DNA from: a virus | Strand: one strand, 5' to 3' | Length of the DNA stretch: 64,000 bases | IMG/VR virus record: IMGVR_UViG_3300005573_000055 | Coordinates: 64,001 to 128,000 of that record | Shown here: one piece after another, positions 29,842 to 38,389 of the stretch | Position numbering within the stretch: position 1 is the first letter of the stretch | Layout: each line of letters starts with the position of its first letter | Made by a program: the position numbers and the translations under genes | Notes under the pieces: generated by a model | The model's input: the letters and a program-made list of their open reading frames with translations, nothing else | Told to the model about the DNA's origin: nothing | Database searches by the model: none

Positions 29842-30163
29842 TTTTCCGCATAATTACAGTAATCAACACAGAAATAGCATTCGACATAGTCAATCCCAAA
29901 ATACCACCAGCAACAGCATCACCAAAGCCAAGCATCGAAACAAGGAAGCAAGTAACAAACAAATCAAGCAGGAAATACCTGCCGAGACTGAAAAACCTAC
30001 CAATATTGCGGAACAATGAAAATACCTTGCCAAAGAAATCAACAATAAAATTTCCCTTCGGCCGATAAATATACACATTCTCCAAGAAAGGCCTAAGCTC
30101 CAAATACCAAAACCACACAGCTACAACAACCATTGCAACACCAAGCAAAAGCAACATTGCCAT
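29804..30163 (-). CDS. Membrane protein
   Basis: Three hydrophobic segments; GGAG RBS. Confidence 0.6.
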   Translation of the reverse strand: MAMLLLLGVAMVVVAVWFWYLELRPFLENVYIYRPKGNFIVDFFGKVFSLFRNIGRFFSLGRYFLLDLFVTCFLVSMLGFGDAVAGGILGLTMSNAISVLITVIMRKNARRKSEILRGV

Positions 30164-30390
30164 AGCTTACTTCTCCTTTATTGTTTTAAACTTAGATAAA
30201 GCACCAAATGCCTTCTCCTGCAACTTAGAAGTTAATTTCCAGAAAGTCAAGAACAGCACGCTGTAAATAAACACTCTCAATGAAGAAAAGTACATCTTCA
30301 AGTAGTGTTTAACCTTAATGACCATAATGCCTCCTTAATGACTCTTAAATGCCTCTTTTAGGCTGTTTTTCATTTGAGTTAGAAAAGTAA

Positions 30391-30407
30391 GGCGGGTCTT
30401 GCCCGCC
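30391..30407 (-). terminator. Probable intrinsic terminator after ssb
   Basis: GGCGGG/CCCGCC hairpin followed by TTACTTTT on the minus strand. Confidence 0.55.
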
Positions 30408-30432
30408 CTGGAACACCTGGATTGGCAGAGGA

Positions 30433-30843
30433 TCAGAAGGGAAGGTCGTCCGGAAGCCCGACTCCCTCTACCTCTGCCAATTTGTCAGACAAAACCTGAC
30501 TTTCTGTCATACCAGCTTCCTCTGTACCGTTGCCATTACCTCTCAGGATGTTTATCTGAGTAGCAAGAACGTCGTAATAAGCTACCTGAGTGTCTTTATT
30601 ATAGGAAGAGCGAAGTTTCCCGACGATTAAGACCTTCTGTCCTTTCTTGAAGGAATTGGCTTTGTCGTCGAAGTTAGTGAAATAGGAAATATTGTGCCAG
30701 GTAGTATGCTTTGTCAGGCCGTTTCTGCCGTTGTAAAACTCGTCGTTGGCTAGTTTGAAGGCAACGAACTTTCGGCCATTTTCAGAATTGCGGATGATAG
30801 GATCACTGCCAATATTTCCTTCGAGAATTACTAAGTTAATCAT
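30433..30843 (-). CDS. ssb: Single-stranded DNA-binding protein
   Basis: NLVILEGNIGSDP...F.LA...TTWHNI...KKGQKVLIVGKL; acidic tail DDLPF. Confidence 0.95.
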   Translation of the reverse strand: MINLVILEGNIGSDPIIRNSENGRKFVAFKLANDEFYNGRNGLTKHTTWHNISYFTNFDDKANSFKKGQKVLIVGKLRSSYNKDTQVAYYDVLATQINILRGNGNGTEEAGMTESQVLSDKLAEVEGVGLPDDLPF

Positions 30844-31136
30844 GCTATTTCCTCCGATGTTTGTTTGAGTGTTAACTTTTTGGATTTGTAGAGATTGTCA
30901 AGAACAGTCTTAGAGACGTTTAATTCTCTGATGGTAAGCCCATTGCGGACGACTAGGGATATTTTCCCGAGCAAAGAGGATATAGTTTGTATATCTTTCT
31001 GGCTGCAGGAGCTTCCATCTAATTTTTGCGGGCGAAGGACATACATTGTTCCTTCTTTGCGGGAATCAAATTTCCTCACAATCTGGAACATGATGTCCTT
31101 CTTCTTACTCTTTGGAACTAAGTAGTACATTGTCAC
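30840..31136 (-). CDS. Hypothetical protein
   Basis: GGAGG RBS; coupled to ssb. Confidence 0.55.
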   Translation of the reverse strand: MTMYYLVPKSKKKDIMFQIVRKFDSRKEGTMYVLRPQKLDGSSCSQKDIQTISSLLGKISLVVRNGLTIRELNVSKTVLDNLYKSKKLTLKQTSEEIA

Positions 31137-31318
31137 ACCTCCTTTTTATTTGTTTATTCAAAATCCTTTTCTTTTCCTGATAGAAAGTCTCTAAAGCTTG
31201 TAGAGCACCAAAGACTTTCTAATCAGGGGCGAAAAGGCTTGTCTTTCAAATGCAAATCTATAGCACCTGCAAATGCAGGAAAGCTGCATTTTTGTATGCC
31301 TTTCTGCTACAGACTGAT

Positions 31319-31490
31319 GTTTATCCTCCGGGAAAGTCTTTCAAGAGGGTTTTTCATTCGCCGGAAAGGGAGTTTATCCTCCGGGAGAAACCTTTCAAGA
31401 GGCTTATCCTTTCTTGAGGGGTTTATCCTCCGGGGATGGGCCTTTCAAGATAGCTTATCCTCTCTTGAAAGAGGAGCTTTATCCTCCGGG
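31319..31490 (-). repeat. Four spaced CCCGGAGGATAAA repeats with intervening TCAAGA/TCTTGA hairpins (candidate sRNA)
   Basis: + strand TTTATCCTCCGGG at ~31320, 31373, 31422, 31478; two further AGGATAAGC motifs in hairpin loops. Confidence 0.75.
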
Positions 31491-31569
31491 AAGTAAGCAA
31501 ATTTTCTCGTGGATTGCTGGTCGAGGGCTATCAGGCAACCCACGCTAGCTATTTCAAACCTGTTTATGC

Positions 31570-31845
31570 TTAGAAATACTCCACAAAGTCGTGTTTTCTG
31601 TGGTATGTAAACTTTTTCTCGGGGGTTAGAATGGTGCTGAAGTCAAACTTTTCGTTTCTGGTGAAGGTTTTTATTTCATGCTCAAGTCCGGAAGGTGGTT
31701 CTTCGTCTAATTTTGCGGCGAAGAAGTAAATTTTACCTCCTTTGTAAGCTATGAGCTTGTATCCTTCAGCTTTCTGGATGGTTTCTGTCTGCAGGGTGTG
31801 TAGGTCCACAACTTTGGTAAGTCTAAAAGTCATTTGTCTCCTCAA
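31570..31845 (-). CDS. Hypothetical protein
   Basis: Co-oriented ORF; likely start MTFRL. Confidence 0.5.
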   Translation of the reverse strand: MRRQMTFRLTKVVDLHTLQTETIQKAEGYKLIAYKGGKIYFFAAKLDEEPPSGLEHEIKTFTRNEKFDFSTILTPEKKFTYHRKHDFVEYF

Positions 31846-32083
31846 AGTTTTCTTCTTTAAGCGTTTTTGCGAATCCTCTTGCAGCTTTACGCATTGCGTA
31901 GGCTGTAATAAACGCCATTTTGAAGAGTCCGTAGGTCATTTTAACGTCGTCAATGGTGGCTGTAACTTTGTCGGAGGCCTTCTGGATCTGCAGTTTGGCC
32001 TTTTTCTGTAGGTCTTGGATGTCTTCCTTTGCCGCTTGCTTGACTACTGGGAGTTCTTGCTTTAGGGCCTTGAAGAATTTCAT
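31823..32083 (-). CDS. Helical hypothetical protein (tandem paralog of 32080-32322)
   Basis: LKQELPVVKQAAKEDIQDL vs LKKELPVLKQAAKEDLQNL. Confidence 0.7.
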   Translation of the reverse strand: MKFFKALKQELPVVKQAAKEDIQDLQKKAKLQIQKASDKVTATIDDVKMTYGLFKMAFITAYAMRKAARGFAKTLKEENFEETNDF

Positions 32084-32322
32084 TGTTTATCCTCCTTTTT
32101 TAGCATTTCTTTTACGGTTATAGGTCTTTGGTTGGGTTTGGACATCATGTAAGCTGCCAGGAATCCTACTTTGACGGCTTCGTAGAACATTTTTGCTTCT
32201 TCAACAGTCTCTTTAGCCTTTTCTATCACATCTTTGGCGGTTTTGTCTAAATTCTGCAAGTCTTCCTTTGCTGCCTGCTTTAAAACTGGAAGTTCTTTCT
32301 TTAAGAGTTCTAAGAGTTTCAT
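32080..32322 (-). CDS. Helical hypothetical protein (tandem paralog of 31823-32083)
   Basis: Shared ELPVxKQAAKEDxQxL and FxxAYxM motifs; AAGGAGG RBS. Confidence 0.7.
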   Translation of the reverse strand: MKLLELLKKELPVLKQAAKEDLQNLDKTAKDVIEKAKETVEEAKMFYEAVKVGFLAAYMMSKPNQRPITVKEMLKKEDKQ

Positions 32323-32342
32323 TGTTACCTCCTTGGTTTTTG

Positions 32343-32591
32343 TTATGGCATTACACTTGCCCTGAGACGGGCTAAGATATCCTTGTATTTTCTCCAGCTT
32401 TCTTTGTAATCATCAGGTATCTGAATCCCGTCGCATATGCTCTGGACTCTGTCTATCTCGTCATACAGCCCTGATTCAGCAAAATTGTTCATGTGGTTTC
32501 GCATTTCGATGATTGTCTCCACGAAGGAGGCCTGAATTGCCTCCCTCGGGGTTAAATACTTTGGTACTAAATCACAGATTGAAGACTTCAC
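32343..32591 (-). CDS. Hypothetical protein
   Basis: Co-oriented ORF with RBS. Confidence 0.5.
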   Translation of the reverse strand: MKSSICDLVPKYLTPREAIQASFVETIIEMRNHMNNFAESGLYDEIDRVQSICDGIQIPDDYKESWRKYKDILARLRASVMP

Positions 32592-32599
32592 AGCCGCTC

Positions 32600-32884
32600 C
32601 TATTTATGTTCTAAAATGAATGTTGGATCTATGTAGGTGTATCTCTCAACATCCTCCAAGCGGACAACGCTGACGTACTCTAGGCCAGGACCTAATTTAA
32701 CTATAGCTTTAGCTCTGTCGGTGTAGCTTTTGATGATTGTGCTCTCTGGTTCAATACCCAGGCTTTCTAATCTGGACATGGCCTTCTGGATTGCAGCTTC
32801 GCGCAATAGGGTATCGTTGTACCTTGCCAGAAAGTCCTGAAGCGGCATTCTGTGCCCTTTGTGAACTACCATTATTTCTGCCAT
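32600..32884 (-). CDS. Hypothetical protein
   Basis: GGAGG RBS. Confidence 0.55.
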   Translation of the reverse strand: MAEIMVVHKGHRMPLQDFLARYNDTLLREAAIQKAMSRLESLGIEPESTIIKSYTDRAKAIVKLGPGLEYVSVVRLEDVERYTYIDPTFILEHK

Positions 32885-33124
32885 TTATTCCTCCGTTATT
32901 TGTTTTATGTGTTCGTTAACCATTCTTGCTAAGCCTTCATGTCTGGGAATAAGCGTAAGCTCCTTCTTCCCGGGGAGATATTGGCTGGCAATTACTGTTC
33001 GGCAGTCATTAATTATCTGACTTGCCGTCTCTCCCTCTTCAACCGAAATAGTGAACTTAATGGTCTCCTGGTGAAATCTTTCCAAGGGAGCTGAAAATTC
33101 GTATTCGATTTGCACAAGTTTCAT
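32885..33124 (-). CDS. Hypothetical protein
   Basis: AGGAGG RBS. Confidence 0.55.
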   Translation of the reverse strand: MKLVQIEYEFSAPLERFHQETIKFTISVEEGETASQIINDCRTVIASQYLPGKKELTLIPRHEGLARMVNEHIKQITEE

Positions 33125-33144
33125 TTTTCCTCCTTTGTTAGTTA

Positions 33145-33573
33145 TTATTTTCTTCCAGCATCAGCAGGTATCTCTCCCAGGCGGGCAGTGTCCCATTTTT
33201 CGAGTCGGAAATCCCCTTGCCTTAGGAGGTTCTTAATTGTCCAGCATGCTTTAAGCGTCTCTTCGTAATGGTTTATATTTTTCTTCTTAGGCTTACCATT
33301 TAGAGCCCAGCTTAAAGCAACCATTGAGTCTGAGAATACGATGGCCTTCTTGAAGCCTTTGGCAATCAGCCATTGGAGCCCGATAATTATTGCCACAAGC
33401 TCCAGGAAGTTGTTCGAATAAGGCTTTTGCGAGTCCCAGCTGTGGACTATACGTCCTCTATATGTCACTTTTGCGCCGCCTAAACCAGGATTGCCGGAGG
33501 ACCAGGCATCTACAGTTATATAGGGGTATTCCTCCCCTTCGGCGGTAATAACAGTTTTTTCCTTAACGATCAT
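33145..33573 (-). CDS. rnhA: Ribonuclease HI family protein
   Basis: ITVDAWSSGNPG, SNNFLELVAI, FSDSMVALSW, KWDT..LGEIPADAGRK. Confidence 0.88.
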   Translation of the reverse strand: MIVKEKTVITAEGEEYPYITVDAWSSGNPGLGGAKVTYRGRIVHSWDSQKPYSNNFLELVAIIIGLQWLIAKGFKKAIVFSDSMVALSWALNGKPKKKNINHYEETLKACWTIKNLLRQGDFRLEKWDTARLGEIPADAGRK

Positions 33574-33588
33574 TACTCCTCCTTGTTT

Positions 33589-33804
33589 TTATTCAACTGA
33601 TAAAGCTAAAGATAGCGGTCTATGCAGCACACTCTGCCCGCAGAATGGACAGATCTCCCTTTCTTCTATCATGTCTGTAAAGACTGTCATTCCGCAGGAT
33701 CTGCATACGATTACTGTTTGCTCTTCGGCGGGATCTTCGATTCTGTCAACGCCGAAAATTTCGTTAATAGAAAACAGTTCTTCCGGGCGGAGAATTATCT
33801 CCAT
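33589..33804 (-). CDS. Small zinc-ribbon protein
   Basis: CRSCG ... CPFCG. Confidence 0.6.
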   Translation of the reverse strand: MEIILRPEELFSINEIFGVDRIEDPAEEQTVIVCRSCGMTVFTDMIEEREICPFCGQSVLHRPLSLALSVE

Positions 33805-34030
33805 AGTAACCTCCTATTTTTTGTTAATAAATTGGTTATTTTATGTGGTGCAAAGAGTAGGCTTTTTTGATGCAGAGCTTACTCTGCAGTCTGCCCTTTG
33901 TGTTTCGGATGGCGCTTGTAGACGGTTTTCGGCGTTATCGGCCTACTCACCTTCTTTGGCAGCGGAATTCTGATCTTGGGTTTTTTGATCTTAGTACCTT
34001 TCATTTGATTATCTCCTATTATGTATAGAG

Positions 34031-34051
34031 AAAGCGGCATTTAGCCGCTTT
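34031..34051. terminator. Hairpin terminator (possibly bidirectional)
   Basis: AAAGCGGC-ATTTA-GCCGCTTT right at the stop of 34051-34497. Confidence 0.55.
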
Positions 34052-34497
34052 TAATCCAAATAATCGTCTAAAGCCTTTTGACGCAGTGGTTCTAAGGCAT
34101 CCATGATTTCGTTGATGCCGTCCCACTGCTCTTCGGCGTAGTTGAACTCTTTGACCCTAAGAGACTGCTTGACTTTTCGGAAAGTCTCCGGGTCAAGCTT
34201 TCCGGAGTAGACCTGCAAAACGGAGGCTGGAACTGGACCGTCTGTGATGCGTAAGCTGAATCTCTCTCTTGGGAACACTCTGTCGGCTGTTGTGTCCCCT
34301 TTGAGGGATACGTCGTGCTGATCTTTAAGCGACGGCCACTTACAGAGAACAACTGCTCTGACAACGTTCTCTGAAATGATGTCTGTGATAACGAACTCGA
34401 GGTTTTTCTCGGGATATTTCCAGATCTGGCCTTCTTCAAGGCGATCTGGTTTGTTGAGTAAATACTCAAGATAAGCGTGTTCTTCAAAGTGTGTCAC
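34051..34497 (-). CDS. Hypothetical protein
   Basis: 148 aa; AGGAGG RBS. Confidence 0.6.
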   Translation of the reverse strand: MTHFEEHAYLEYLLNKPDRLEEGQIWKYPEKNLEFVITDIISENVVRAVVLCKWPSLKDQHDVSLKGDTTADRVFPRERFSLRITDGPVPASVLQVYSGKLDPETFRKVKQSLRVKEFNYAEEQWDGINEIMDALEPLRQKALDDYLD

Positions 34498-34700
34498 AAT
34501 TCCTCCTTTAATAATTGTTGCAGGTATAATTTATCACTTCTGCGCATGGCCCTTCTTATCTTGGCCTTTAGGTGACCTTTGGGCCTGCTTTTGTTGTTGC
34601 GCTCCTTTATCCAGCGATATTCTTCAGTCAGGCGTGCTGGATAATGGAGCTGTTCATTTTTAACCATTAGTTCCTCCATTTTAATTGTCTTTGTCTGCAA
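34494..34700 (-). CDS. Small basic protein
   Basis: Co-oriented ORF. Confidence 0.45.
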   Translation of the reverse strand: MQTKTIKMEELMVKNEQLHYPARLTEEYRWIKERNNKSRPKGHLKAKIRRAMRRSDKLYLQQLLKEEL

Positions 34701-34862
34701 TTTCAGTGATTAATGTGAACAAAGCGAACAGGAATATCATTCCGAACTCGTATGCCATAATAGCGGGTCTATCGTCCCCCGTTTCGTTACAGTATATGGC
34801 AACTGAAAATATGATAACCAGTGATAACAGAGCAAGGAAGATGAGTGATTTCATTTTACCTC

Positions 34863-35147
34863 CTATGATAATTTGATTTTAATTAAGATATATTCAACCG
34901 CTTTGCCGTCCGGAGCAACAGCGGTTCTTAGTTCGTAGTAGTTTTTGAGTTCGAATGAGTCGAGGATCTCAGTTTTGTCCATAACCTTCTTGTTTAAGGG
35001 AACTAATTCGATAAGATAGGCTTCCCAAACTTCGCCTTCTCTGGCGAGTTTGGCATTTATAAAGGCTGGGAAGATCACCTTCCCGTCTTGAAATATCGGA
35101 GCGCTTGAGAGCTTCCCGTACTTATCTTTTGTTACTTTGAGTTCCAT
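34863..35147 (-). CDS. Truncated duplicate of the N-terminal domain of 35161-36087
   Basis: MELKVTKDKYGKLSSAPIFQDGKVIFP...EGEVWEA vs MELTITRNKFGELAGSPIFQDGKVIFP...EGEVWEA. Confidence 0.7.
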   Translation of the reverse strand: MELKVTKDKYGKLSSAPIFQDGKVIFPAFINAKLAREGEVWEAYLIELVPLNKKVMDKTEILDSFELKNYYELRTAVAPDGKAVEYILIKIKLS

Positions 35148-35160
35148 TTTTATCTCCTTG

Positions 35161-36087
35161 TTAGTTTATAATCTCTTCTGAGAGGACGGTTTCTCTCTCT
35201 AAGCAGTGTGAAACCTCTTTGAATTCGAGGATTTCACTGCTTAATTCTTTGAAACCTTCTCTTTCGAGGGGTAAATTGTGATCAGCTGTCCATTTATATC
35301 CAATCTGTGCTATCTTGGTATAGCAATAGCGACGTGAGTCAACTCTTGACTCACGGACATTATCCTCACTGTTAGAATATTTTGGAGCGTAGCTGCTCCA
35401 TCTTTCAATAATTCTCTTTACTTTTCTGACATCGATGTCCAGCTCAAACTCTTTGGATTCGACTCTTCTTGACAGAAATTCCTTCTCTACCACCTCGAAG
35501 GTTGTAGTGTCTTTTACGAAGCCGCGGTATTCAGCGACTTCCTTCTCTATATTCTCCCAGACTTTTAATTTCTTTGCATTCAAGTCGACTTCGCAGTTGT
35601 AGTCGCTGCTGAAGACCTTTCCGGTTGCGACTACTCTGATGATTTTGTTGTCAATAGACATAACTCTCTTGTATGTCTCTATTTCTTTTTTGTATTTATC
35701 GGCGATTTCAACAGGCAGATCTTTCCAATAGAAGTAGTAATTCGTATGGTCTGCCTTTACTTTCCCACCGACTCTGTAATATTTGATGTATGAAACCCCC
35801 TCTAGTATTCTTACATATCCATTAGAATAATAGTGCTCTTTGATTTGAGGGGCCGGCAATTCGGGAAGGATCAAGCGAAATACTCCCTTGAACATAGGTT
35901 TCCCTTTGCGGTCAACCTTGTTTAAGGGAATGAGCTTTACCAGTTCGGCTTCCCAGACTTCTCCTTCTTTGGCGAGTTCTGGGTTTTCAAAGACCGGGAA
36001 GATTACCTTTCCGTCCTGAAAGATTGGAGAGCCTGCGAGCTCTCCGAACTTATTTCTAGTTATTGTTAATTCCATTTTCATCTCCAT
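35161..36087 (-). CDS. Hypothetical protein
   Basis: 308-aa ORF downstream of a motif-bearing intergenic region. Confidence 0.65.
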   Translation of the reverse strand: MEMKMELTITRNKFGELAGSPIFQDGKVIFPVFENPELAKEGEVWEAELVKLIPLNKVDRKGKPMFKGVFRLILPELPAPQIKEHYYSNGYVRILEGVSYIKYYRVGGKVKADHTNYYFYWKDLPVEIADKYKKEIETYKRVMSIDNKIIRVVATGKVFSSDYNCEVDLNAKKLKVWENIEKEVAEYRGFVKDTTTFEVVEKEFLSRRVESKEFELDIDVRKVKRIIERWSSYAPKYSNSEDNVRESRVDSRRYCYTKIAQIGYKWTADHNLPLEREGFKELSSEILEFKEVSHCLERETVLSEEIIN

Positions 36088-36131
36088 ATGTTAGTTCACG
36101 GTCTCGGAGTGGTAGATATCCACTCCTTTGC

Positions 36132-36210
36132 CAATACTAATGTAGTTCGATTGACAGTGTGTGTTAATGCAGGCGTGTGTGTGTCCTGGCGGCTTTCCTT
36201 TTAGCCGCCG
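36132..36210 (-). promoter_or_regulatory. Repeated (AC)n...AATCGAACTACATTAG motif, copy 1
   Basis: + caatactaatgtagttcgatt followed by GT tracts and a GGCGGCT/AGCCGCC hairpin; 20/21 identical to 36505-36525. Confidence 0.65.
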
Positions 36211-36243
36211 CGTGATTGGAATTATCCGCCAGCACATAAAAAA

Positions 36244-36468
36244 CTATTTCAGCAGATATTCCTTTTCGATCTCGTTTGTCTTCTCGTCGTAGCGGTATAC
36301 CCATACTACCGCATCGTCGCTGACAAGTCCGGATTGGATGCGCTCCTTGAGGAGCTCGTAATCTTCCTCCGTCATTAGGATGCCGGAGGCGTCGTGAATG
36401 CCACCGTCGGCGATGAAGAATACGCCGTAAGGACGGGGATCTTGTGAAAATATTGATAGTAAGTCCAT
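36244..36468 (-). CDS. Hypothetical protein paralogous to the C-terminal half of 19928-20341
   Basis: PYGVF...SGILMTEEDYELLKERIQSG...IEKEYLL. Confidence 0.65.
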   Translation of the reverse strand: MDLLSIFSQDPRPYGVFFIADGGIHDASGILMTEEDYELLKERIQSGLVSDDAVVWVYRYDEKTNEIEKEYLLK

Positions 36469-36504
36469 GTTACTCCTCCTATTTTAAGTGTTGTTTATTA
36501 TCAT

Positions 36505-36607
36505 CAATGCTAATGTAGTTCGATTAATAGATGCGTGTGTGCTAATGGGAGCGTGTGTGTGTCAATGCGGGCGTGTGTGTGTCGAGGCGGCTCCCCTTTT
36601 AGCCACC
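36505..36607 (-). promoter_or_regulatory. Repeated (AC)n...AATCGAACTACATTAG motif, copy 2
   Basis: + caatgctaatgtagttcgatt followed by GT tracts and a similar hairpin. Confidence 0.65.
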
Positions 36608-36773
36608 GCACGTTCAAAATTACCCCTTAGTGGGGTAATTAAAAAAAATAAATACAATATTCACCCGATGAAAGGTGAATATATGGAAGGCTCATCAGCC
36701 CTCCTCCTTTTGTTTGACTGCCCCACTTTCCCGGGGCTTGGGGTTTTTTAAGGTGGTTTTCTCCACCATCATT

Positions 36774-36822
36774 GCCCCCACGCCAGACTTGAACTGGCTG
36801 CTGGCCCTACCCAGGGTGGGGC
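36774..36822 (-). ncRNA. Anticodon-less tRNA-like element A
   Basis: GCCCCAC-C-CTGG[GTAGGG]CCAG-CA-GCCAG[TTCAAGT]CTGGC-GTGGGGG-C: acceptor-like stem, D-like hairpin, canonical T arm. Confidence 0.75.
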
Positions 36823-36842
36823 GGCAAGGTAGGCAGACGTGA

Positions 36843-37130
36843 CTATTTAATCACGTCGCCTACCTTGTACTCGGGGTTGTGGCTTACTGAAACCACGTAT
36901 CCCCCGAGTTTGGGGTCAAAAACTGCGATGCTGCCGACGGTGTGCGCATACTTATGTATGAGCACTGCGGCTACCGGAAGGGATGCTGGCCCGTTGACTT
37001 TTAGCAACGGGATCCCTTTAATTTCCGGGGCGTTGTCTTTTACAAACTGAACGAGTTCGGCGTTTGTTGCCGGGTCGCCGAACCCGATCGTTAATGTGTC
37101 GTTATTAAATGACATATTGAATAATGCCAT
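36843..37130 (-). CDS. csx3: Csx3/Crn3-family ring-nuclease-like protein
   Basis: LKVNGPASLPVAAVLIHKYAHT...AVFDPKLGGYVVSVSH...KVGDVI, close to the Csx3 signature HKYAHT..AVYDPRLG.VV.SH...GDVI; GGAGG RBS at MALFN. Confidence 0.88.
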   Translation of the reverse strand: MALFNMSFNNDTLTIGFGDPATNAELVQFVKDNAPEIKGIPLLKVNGPASLPVAAVLIHKYAHTVGSIAVFDPKLGGYVVSVSHNPEYKVGDVIK

Positions 37131-37176
37131 GTTAACCTCCTTTTTAAAGTTATTAAATAATAATTTATGATGAATT

Positions 37177-37231
37177 TGGCTCAGGCGGGACTTGAACACC
37201 GCTCTCTCAGGCTTCCAGCAGCCACTGAGCC
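37177..37231 (-). ncRNA. Anticodon-less tRNA-like element C
   Basis: GGCTCAG-T-GGCT[GCTGGA]AGCC-TGAGAGA-GCGG(T)G[TTCAAGT]CCCGC-CTGAGCC-A. Confidence 0.7.
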
Positions 37232-37237
37232 ACCACA

Positions 37238-37630
37238 CAAGCTATCTTAGTAGCTCGATAGCTTGCAGTCTCGCTGATCACCCCTTCCCTTGAGCTCCGA
37301 TGCTACTATCGTTGCTCAAGGTTCCGTCGGGTTTACTCAGCTACCCGAAGCCCAATTAGCGTTACCCAGGACGCGCCACGTGGAGGCTTGGGCTTTTGCG
37401 TCCCACAACATTACTGGCTAAGTGGGACAGCCAGTGTCCGTTATGTGGCTGATCCGTGGAGCATTGCACTCCGGTGAGTGGACGCCACATCGGCCTGCTG
37501 AGGCGAGGCCACACCTTGGGTCTTCGAGCCGCTTGGGCGGAATGGGTCCACGGCTCTGAGACCCATAAACCTATAAGCCAGGCTTAGCCTAGCTTATAGG
37601 CTATTCTTTATCCCCTTAAAGGGACCACAT
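37238..37630 (-). ncRNA. Hairpin/pseudoknot-dense non-coding tract (candidate structured RNA)
   Basis: Perfect 7+7 bp pseudoknot at 37400-37435; stems CCTTGAGC/GCTCAAGG, AAGCTATC/GATAGCTT, CCTATAAGC/GCTTATAGG, ATGTGGC/GCCACAT. Confidence 0.6.
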
Positions 37631-37763
37631 AGACACGGCGGAGGTAGGTTGGTTATATGACCCGGGTTAGGTGGGGTCCGCCGCTGATACATGCGAGCAG
37701 AGCGAATGTAGACTAAGTAGGTATAGCTCTGGCTTCCCGGGTCTGGTTGGTCTTCGCAAGGGA

Positions 37764-38014
37764 GTGTGTGTAGGCGGAGCGGGTACATGGAAGGTTTTAG
37801 CGACCCAGGTTAGGTGGGCACCGCCGGGTACACATGTGAGGTGGGGACGGAGCCATGGATGGTTTTAGCGACCCATGGAGGGGTGGTAGACTGGGGCGTG
37901 TGTGAGGCGGAGCGGAGGTGGGTTGATTTAGGGTCAACAGGTCAGGTTAGGTTGGCCCAGGTTGGTCAGGCTGGACAGGCCTCCGTTGGGGGCGTGTGTG
38001 AGGCGGAGCGGAGG
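37764..38014 (+). repeat. G-rich direct repeats
   Basis: GGGGCGTGTGTGAGGCGGAGCGGAGG at 37893 and 37989 (variant at 37764); CATGGAWGGTTTTAGCGACCCA at 37786 and 37854. Confidence 0.75.
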
Positions 38015-38023
38015 CCTGTCTTG

Positions 38024-38389
38024 CTAGTCTAACTCGCTCCAGTCGAAGCCGTTAATTCTAACTACCGGCTTCTTCTTTGTAATCGCTGAAGCGAGTTTCC
38101 TAGCGTTGCAATACGCTGGCCGTGCACCACAATTGACGTGCAGCACTTCGGCAACGATCTCTTTCCAGTTATTCCTCTCTTTGAGACGTTGCACGTACCA
38201 GTGCTCCACGTTGGGTCGGGTATCTTTGATGCCACTGCCCCATTTGATCTGGATAGCATAAGCTATCCCATCAATTATGACAATGACATCAATCTTGGCC
38301 TCGTGGTCAAGGCGTTTATGTGTAATCACCTCGAATCCACTATTCCTGAGCGCATCGACAATCATGCGCTCGAGGATGAGACCATTCAT
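38024..38389 (-). CDS. PD-(D/E)xK restriction-endonuclease-fold protein
   Basis: LERMIVDALRNSGFEV...DHEAKIDVIV...AIQIK. Confidence 0.7.
   Translation of the reverse strand: MNGLILERMIVDALRNSGFEVITHKRLDHEAKIDVIVIIDGIAYAIQIKWGSGIKDTRPNVEHWYVQRLKERNNWKEIVAEVLHVNCGARPAYCNARKLASAITKKKPVVRINGFDWSELD

Noticed and set aside
31319-31490. CRISPR mini-array
   Set aside because: Repeat core is only ~13 bp, the intervening sequences are related to each other, and there are no cas genes
36685-36705. Hammerhead ribozyme core (CTGATGAG on minus strand)
   Set aside because: No stem II followed by GAAA; the ATG is better explained as a short ORF after an RBS
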